NCBI RefSeq assembly: GCF_964204645.1
Contig: NC_134031.1
Span: 2,108,001-2,172,000, forward strand
Length of the DNA stretch: 64,000 nucleotides
Direction: 5' to 3'
From: Tubulanus polymorphus
Lineage: Eukaryota > Animalia > Nemertea
Part shown: piece after piece, positions 54,526-64,000 of the stretch
Position numbering within the stretch: the first letter of the stretch is position 1
Layout of the letters: every line of letters begins with the position of its first letter
Made by a program: the position numbers and the translations under genes
Notes under the pieces: model-generated
Database searches by the model: none
What the model was told of the DNA's origin: nothing
What the model saw: the letters and a program-made list of their open reading frames with translations, nothing else

Positions 54526-55530
54526 TCAGATTATTTCTTGAGGTTCGGCTACATCATCTTCCGGTGATTCGGACAGCAGAGAATGCTTCAAACCGGTAAA
54601 TCGTTTATCGAACACTGGTGAACGCGCCAGCTTTTCGACATTTTCACGAAACAGTTTATCTTTGAATCCTTCGTGCGCGCTATTCTTTCGCAAATGGAAT
54701 TTTTTCAGCATCTGGTTGGTCTTTTCCGACGGCATCGAGTCGATCAGTTGTAGCGTCAACAGACCGCTAGATGTCGCTCGGGTTGAATAAGGAATCGACG
54801 GCAGACGCGCTGGTACGTCGAGGGTAGACATGGTGACCGCGCGATGGCGTGTACCGATCTGCGGTAACAGTCGTTTCTTCGGAACGTTACTAATCGTCAT
54901 ACTACGGCCCCGTTCGCAATCTACCGGAGCAGCCCTTATCTGAGTCAATTCCGCTATGCTTTCGCAACTTACCGACCGCTTCAAATCACCATCTGTAATC
55001 TCCTCGTCAACGAATACGTCATCCGGGTTTGGTACCTCGGGCTGCGAAGAGATATTGGCCAAACTTTTCGATCGTTTCGCCAGTAGGCACGATTTCGGCC
55101 GGTCAGGCCGGCGTTCGATAGCCGATCGGTGACGTCGGTAACCTTGCTGCGCCGGTTCACTCTCGTAACCTTGTTGCACCGGTTCACGCTCGTCCACGTC
55201 CTTCGAACCGGCAGTTTCGAAATCTTGCAGACTGTATTTATCGGCAAAAGATGACTGACGACATAATTTATCGGCGCGGGTTTTTTTCGGTCGTAGCTCA
55301 TGTCGGAACAAATCGCCTCGATTCGACGAAGGAAATTTGATGTCTTTTTGAACGTATTGTTTCATGAAAAAGTACCTTTGTCGCTCGAACCAATGATTGG
55401 CAGTTACTTTTTTCTTTCTGTCGATTTCGTCTTTTTGTAACTGTAGGATTTTTTCGAATTGTTTATTGTGCGCGAAGGCGTATTCGATTTCGCTATATCG
55501 CTGCAACCTTGTCTTCAGATCGTACGGCAT
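54526..55530 (-). CDS. Uncharacterised 334-aa basic protein (N-terminal helical/coiled-coil region, disordered Ser/Arg-rich middle, C-terminal DxRFxxL helix)
   Basis: 1005-bp ORF, the longest in the window, with natural composition; context AAGATGC; acceptor-like TTTCTACGATTTGAAG just upstream (55559) and donor-like GAG|GTAAGA at 56051 suggest a non-coding first exon; AATAAA on the minus strand at 54163-54168. Confidence 0.8.
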   Translation of the reverse strand: MPYDLKTRLQRYSEIEYAFAHNKQFEKILQLQKDEIDRKKKVTANHWFERQRYFFMKQYVQKDIKFPSSNRGDLFRHELRPKKTRADKLCRQSSFADKYSLQDFETAGSKDVDEREPVQQGYESEPAQQGYRRHRSAIERRPDRPKSCLLAKRSKSLANISSQPEVPNPDDVFVDEEITDGDLKRSVSCESIAELTQIRAAPVDCERGRSMTISNVPKKRLLPQIGTRHRAVTMSTLDVPARLPSIPYSTRATSSGLLTLQLIDSMPSEKTNQMLKKFHLRKNSAHEGFKDKLFRENVEKLARSPVFDKRFTGLKHSLLSESPEDDVAEPQEII

Positions 55531-55646
55531 CTTGATCCTGATAGTCTCCGCGAGTTACCTTCAAATCGTAGAAATAAGGGTCAGATTCAAACTAAGTTTG
55601 CCATGTTCCATAAGTGGCTACAAGTAAATTCACTTTGGCACCAATA

Positions 55647-55965
55647 GCCGCGATCACACGCGTGCTTTTAGCCCGTGCCAACCGTTCACATGGGTGCTAA
55701 ATGGGTCCGTACCTGTTTGATCTACAAATTCTACCCGACCAAAAACGCCAGGCCAAGCCCACGCCAAATTTTAGCACGGTTCAAATTATTCAATGTGAAT
55801 TCTAACTGCTTTTGGGAGTGATTCAACTCGCTTGCCACAGCATGCATCATTTTGACAGTATTTCAGTGCCGAGTAAATTCTCTCGTTAGGATAGGGCCAA
55901 ATTCGACTCCAGATCTGGTACGGGCCAATTTAACCCAGGCCTAATCGTCTGATGTGACCGCAGCC
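55647..55965. mobile_element. Family D DNA-transposon-like repeat (Harbinger-like termini)
   Basis: Termini GCCGCGATCACAC ... ATGTGACCGCAGC; similar to 35427-35757 and 21745-21990. Confidence 0.6.
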
Positions 55966-57626
55966 TCTTATGATACAAAATATAGCTTAACTTTCTAACG
56001 TAACAAACAATGGAATTAATCAAAATAAAAACGTTCATCTTCTATCTTACCTCGCATAGCGATTAACGCCAAACCACAATCATTGAAACGTAAGCAAATG
56101 TTTTTATCCGCACAACTGTTCTGTTTAGGTGGTTCGTTTCGTTGTGACACCCTACAGCAATATCTTAAAACTAAACCGAATCGGTGTTAAGAGATTTTAC
56201 CTTATCGAATTTCTCGACGTCGATCGATTGGATTTGAAGTAGCTATTCGATAACGTATATGTGTGTGTGTTAATCAGTTCATTGTGACAGCTGCGTGAAG
56301 TAATTCATTAAAACCAGGACAAAACTTCCCCTCATTTTGCGCACGCTTCAAATCTCAATCATTTCAAATCATTATCACTAATAATCATGTTGATTTTATC
56401 ATTGAAGAGGCTACGTCGTGATTCTAAACACTACATTTCTCTGGGTCGCGGTGAAAGCGCATCTGCCCCTTTTGCCAAAATAACATTTTCACAGTGCGTC
56501 TTTAGAAAGTTACGCAAACAGTAGTAAATCATTGCTGGCTTTTCAATTAACAATCGCTCTAGATTCTCTGAAAAGGATCAATTTCATTGGGATGCTCTAT
56601 TCAACGTATGTACACTTCGGAGTGGTCGGACGATTGACCTTTCATTAAACACGCTAATGGAGGGGCTTCCCCTTCAAAAAAAGAACTTTGAGATATTTTT
56701 CTGATTGATAACATCCAGGCAAATACGACACAAATTTCATGACTCATTTGCCGGGATATTATCAATTTATTCGCCGTATCTAATTTACGAGTAGAATTAC
56801 ATTTTCGGAATTGTTCTTATTTCCGGCAACTCGGTGATAAAGGTACTATATTTGAAGGGGAATCCCCTGCAAAAGTATACTTGTTGATAGGTCATTATTC
56901 TGAAGTAGAAATCTTTTTTTGTAAAAGTAATTATATTCAACAAAATAGAAACAACAGCAAACTATGCTCTGCGTGATTTCTTTATTACTTTCGTGATTTC
57001 TTCTATTAAACCATTAAAAGAAAAAGATAAAACGTTTCGAATATTACAACAGCATGGCACCGATGCGTTATATATTTGATTAAAATGGGAGCTTTCTTTT
57101 TACGACAGTTTTCTAGGCTACAGTTGGAATGTTTTTTCTAGGTAATCTTAACAGTAAATTGTATACGTAATGACGTCATATTAAATCTTAAAATACTGGT
57201 TATAACAATATTTTTTTAATTGAATTTGAATAAAAAAATGTGTGTACAACACGGACGGTTTGTTCTAAAAGGCAACTTAATACTGGATTTAATTCAGTTT
57301 GGTAAATATATAGATCTATAACGCTTGAAGACAAATCTGTTTAGTTCCCTGTGTCAAACTGGATGTATCTTTTCTTTCTATTTTATTATGCAATGTAAAT
57401 ACCAAGCATAGACACTGATACAGCAGTGGACACTAAATTTCCAGCAAGTCGTACATGTTAAACAAATTTCTGTGCCTATCTCTTTTCATTTTTCTAAGTC
57501 CAAGAACGCGGTCTATTTTTGATGGAAAACGACTGAGTGGCATTTGTCGTGTGGTAACTATTACGAAGTCCTGTCAAAAATACATGTATTTTCTATTGTC
57601 TTCGTATTGCGCTTTTTAGCCACCAG

Positions 57627-57734
57627 GGTCCAGTTCCACAGTTCCGAGTTAAGATTTGACTCTGAGTTAACTCATTGAAAATGAACTAACTTTAACTCAG
57701 AGTTAACTCTAACTCACAACTGTGGAACTGGGTC
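57627..57734. mobile_element. 108-bp Harbinger-like MITE, family H1
   Basis: TIRs GGTCCAGTTCCACAGTT / AACTGTGGAACTGGGTC; CAG TSD; differs from the 49971 copy at only about 2 positions. Confidence 0.9.
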
Positions 57735-57959
57735 CAGAGTAAATGAAGAAAGACACTATTTTCGACATGTGGATGGCGAGGTGACATCGGGGGAAGATTA
57801 GGAGATAAAATAAGTTCCTTGCGAGAAACTAGAAGCAAAGATGGCTAAATTTGCCAAACAGATATTTCGTGAGATAATCCTCACATGCACCGGTAGACAA
57901 TCGGTATTCGTTCATATGAAATTCGTAGAGGGCAATTTGCCGGGTCACGACGGAAGTGT

Positions 57960-60297
<2,338 letters not shown>

Positions 60298-60440
60298 CTC
60301 GATACCCTTCCTTCAGCGTAATCGAAACGAATGAGATTATTTTGACAGATTTGAACGTTGCCGTAGTTGAACGCTTGGTTTGCAGCGGAGTAGTCACATA
60401 ACCATCGATATGGCGTTCTTTTAATGGCGTCATGACGTAC

Positions 60441-60453
60441 GTCGCTTGGCAAC
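60441..60453. promoter_or_regulatory. Candidate RFX X-box upstream of proteolipid paralogue A
   Basis: GTCGCTTGGCAAC (perfect GGCAAC half-site) about 145 bp upstream of the ATG at 60297, next to CRE-like half-sites (CGTCATGACG). Confidence 0.3.
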
Positions 60454-61450
60454 AGCGTAGTACAGATGGGAAAAATGTATTTTTTATCTATTTCAGTCTA
60501 GTCGACCGCGTTTTTTTTTAATGACGAACGAGTTATCGAATCAAAGATGCAAGGGTAAGCCCCCACTTATCACGATATCAATCGCCTGACAATTCTGAAG
60601 TTTGGAATATCCACATTGTAAACTCCTCTCTTCAACGAATGATACTTGAAACAAAAGCAAACTAAGACCTTCGTAATTTATTGATTATTATATTTATACC
60701 GATACGATTAATAGGAAAAAAGAGTACTATACACTTACAACACAGTGTTTTTAATACAACAGTAATACAACATTTTATCAAAACAGGATCTTTCTTTAAA
60801 TTACTCATAAAAAACAGTTGGAATGGTTTTTCTACTTTCAATTTGGTAAAGCAATACGTTAAGTTTTGATTTTGTACGTTATAACGTTATATCATTTATC
60901 AAAATACTGGTTACAACAATTCACTTTGAATGATAACTAAATATGAAAATGTGCGGCCTAGGTCTAAAAGACAACTTTTGATATTGATTTAAGTTTGGTA
61001 AATGCATAGACTCATAATATATAGTAGAAGGAAGTATGGAAGTCATATTTTCTTTCTATTTACAATAGAAATACATTTACTAAGCGAGTATTGCAGCGAG
61101 TATTGCGCAAATGCGTACGACATCAATCCCTGAAGCCTATATTGTGTTTCATATCATGCTTTAACCACATAAGTGAAAAAGTGAAAAAGACAAGTATTTC
61201 AGTACGTAGATTGTTGAGGTGACAACGGGAAAGTTTTTCACATAACGAGAACCTTGATACCATGGCAAAAAGACGACTGCTTAGATGGCTAAAACAGGTA
61301 TTAGATATTTTTCCAAATCCGACCAAACCGCTTCAGCACCCATGCGAGGGGGCAATTCATGTTCGTTAAGAACAGGCCATGACTGTTTTAGAGCCCATGA
61401 ACAGACGTATGACGAGTGGAAGACGATTTGCCGGGTAACAACGGAAGTGT

Positions 61451-62844
61451 TTACATTGCATCATATGAAGATCGATCCTTTTTGGGGACGTACTTCAAGT
61501 GGGTGAAATTCGCGCTCATAGCCGTCAGAAATACACCCTAGAATATAAACAAGTCATCGATTAATTACTTGAAATCTCAAACCGAAATCTACGAAATACG
61601 TATTGTATAATTTACCATGCTTAAGCTAACTAACAGAGCGCCACCGAAAGCCATCTTTGCGCTATCAATGCTATTCGGCATCTGAAATACACAGAAAACG
61701 AAATCAAATAATACTTTGCCCCAGCGGAGGCTGAGGCAAAGACAGATTACATTGTTTGTGGTTCGCGTTTGAGGCACACTGCGGGCACGTTTTTTCTCGA
61801 GGTAGTTTCGTTAATGAGGTCCTGCAGACATGTGCTTTTATCACGTGACGGACGCCATATTGGCCGTCGATATAAGGCTATAGAGATCCCCGAAATGTGT
61901 AAAGATTTCGTTGGTTTTTATCTAAGGCAAGTTTCCAACCCGTCAAACAAACTATGCTGTCACGTGTAATACCGACGGCACAGAATTACGGAAACATATA
62001 ATATTGATCTATCAGACATGGATTTTAACCAAGGACCTTATTGTAACTCATTTATTTCTGCCCAAACGAATTACATTCATTCGGTTTCCGGACGTTGATC
62101 ACTTTTCACAACTTTTCATTACTACGATTTGCATTTTTCATTTCTATTTTCAACGAGGGATTGAGTCTAAACGGGTTTCAACATCCTTCGACGAGAAGCC
62201 TACGTTATCTCTGGACATTGCTTACGTCATGAAATTTCGAGATTATGAAAAATCATTATATATTACGCACCTCTTGACATAAATTGGGATTCAGATTGGC
62301 ACAAGGTATTTTGGCTCCGCCACTAGTGCGGAAATTAAAACCTATCAAAATAGAATACATAATCGTTAGTCCACATGAATTTAACACGGTACCGAATGCA
62401 TCCACATTCAGTAACGGATTTCTCCTTGAGGCATAATTTATAGACGTACCTAGGTTTTTTAACCCTTGGCAGACCTTCTTCGACGAGTAACCCTTAGTGT
62501 TGCATCCCTTATTTAGACCATTAAAAATTAAGATCGGTACCACTAACGCGGACGTTAGAATTATCCACAAAAATTGAAAGACGTACGCAAAAATTATATT
62601 CTGAAAACAGAAAATATTATCTTTATGAATTATTGTGGACGAAATGCTGTTGTATATAGACTCAAATGTCTGGGATACGCCTCGAGTACTTACGAGTACG
62701 ATACAGAAACTGTTGAAACGATTGCTGCAAGTACTTTTACAGCATTTATCTCTGGTCGCTCCACATGACAGGATCGCTATCAACATGTACCAGACATCCA
62801 AACCGAGCAGTACCACCCATGCGATAGCGACTACGCGTGTTGTG
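61451..62844 (-). CDS. PLP/DM20/M6 proteolipid family protein, paralogue B (exons 2-6; exon 1 not in window)
   Basis: Exons 62844-62694, 62600-62450, 62341-62271, 61681-61616, 61537-61451; lengths (151,151,71,66,87) and phases identical to paralogue A; intact frame ending ...SANFTHLKYVPKKDRSSYDAM*. Confidence 0.85.
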
Positions 62845-63773
62845 CTGAAAAAAGAAGGAAATAACATTGGAAACATTCAAATTCTGATCCCTGTTTGGTA
62901 GGCCTATTCAAACAGAAAAATGACTTAGTATCTTTTTGAGTTTTTTCTTCCTTATACCATTTCTTTGTAGTAATGTATAGTAATGTTTCATCCGAATGAA
63001 AACAGATTCTGTATTATATATTGAATTCTTTTTTTTAAATATATCGTTCGATAAAATACGCAGTTTCATAAGTGCACCCAGCAGAAAAAAAAACACTCCA
63101 ATTTGCGCAGATGTGAAGTAAAGAACAAACGCGAAACGCGTGTTATCAAATGTGCGTAGAAAGCATGATGTATTTGATATAGTATAACGGTTCGAGTGCA
63201 ATTGTTTTGCCCGCATTAAAACGTTCAATGCGCACACGGTGTAACAAAATCGCGTAGAAAACAGTTGTTGCAACAAGGAGTCCGGTGGTGCAGCAATACA
63301 CCCTGCAGTAATTCACTTTTTAACCAATTTTGTATATGTCACGTCATGCAGTGACGCTCGCTGATTGGTTATTCGGCCGTGGGTATTTTGCGAAACACAA
63401 AACATCCAACGGACACGGGACGAAAAATGTTGTTTTCGACGACACGGATCAAGCAGTGCTTGTTTCGCAGAAATGTTTTTCTGTTCGGCGTTATCTGTTT
63501 TAGCTTAAACACACACGCGGCGGGCTTAGAAAGCATGTATATTTAATATACGTGGAGCGAAATCGAGACAGAAATAAGCCGCAGAATTACGTATAATAAA
63601 ATAAGACAAAGTGCCATTGTAGAATGTATCGTGCACTCAGAGTTAGAGAACAGAGCATACGTTTAAAACCTACTACGATATTCAAATTCATAGGATTTAA
63701 AATGTAATCTATTAATCGAGCATTTAAAACAAAACACAGCGTTACGTCATGGCGTTCGCCTTCGTCACACCTG

Positions 63774-63897
63774 GGCCCAGTTTCACGAAAAAGCCTAAAA
63801 CGGTTAAGTTTGAATTATTTTCCTCATTGAAAACATGAAGTAACCTATGGCAATTACACCAAAGGTTTAAGTTAAATTTGTTTTGTGAAACTGGACC
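63774..63897. mobile_element. Harbinger-like MITE, family H3
   Basis: TIRs GGCCCAGTTTCAC / GTGAAACTGGACC; CTG TSD on both sides. Confidence 0.8.
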
Positions 63898-63900
63898 CTG

Positions 63901-64000
63901 GGGCCGGTTGCATAGTCATGGCTTAGACTCAAGACCAGTCTAAGACCAACTTTGTTCTATAGCCAATCTAACAATCTAGGACCAGTCTCAAGACCACTTT
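63901..64000. mobile_element. Harbinger-like MITE, family H2 (cut by window end)
   Basis: GGGCCGGTTGCATAGTCATG...TAAGACCAACTT.GTTCTATAGCCAATCTAACAA, as in 41234-41373; begins immediately after the CTG TSD of the H3 element. Confidence 0.8.

Overview
Eukaryotic, intron-containing, roughly 40% GC (estimated by eye), CpG-undepleted DNA from an invertebrate animal; the neuropeptide types suggest a spiralian/lophotrochozoan (inference). The first ~26.8 kb has no credible protein-coding gene, only MITEs, SINE/LINE/Penelope-like remnants and microsatellites. The main gene (+) is a secreted neuropeptide precursor. A TATA-preceded signal-peptide exon (26939-27043) splices in phase across a ~22-kb intron to a large exon (49000-49786/49800). 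That exon encodes three FCAP/orcokinin-B-like peptides (xLDxLGxxxIHxx) followed by eleven pedal-peptide/orcokinin-type 'FDSIG' 14-mers, and a short terminal exon probably lies at 50800-50828. Downstream on the - strand are an uncharacterised 334-aa ORF and two tandem paralogues of the PLP/DM20/M6 proteolipid (four-TM) family, which the ORF track shows only as fragments. Copy A is complete (6 exons, 222 aa). Copy B has exons 2-6 in the window. Their second extracellular loops are much more diverged than the rest of the protein. Mobile DNA includes CWG-targeting Harbinger-like MITEs that stack on one another, CAG-ended elements with 5-bp TSDs, a foldback element with Pol III B-box arms, and a Penelope-like insertion carrying a minimal hammerhead ribozyme motif.
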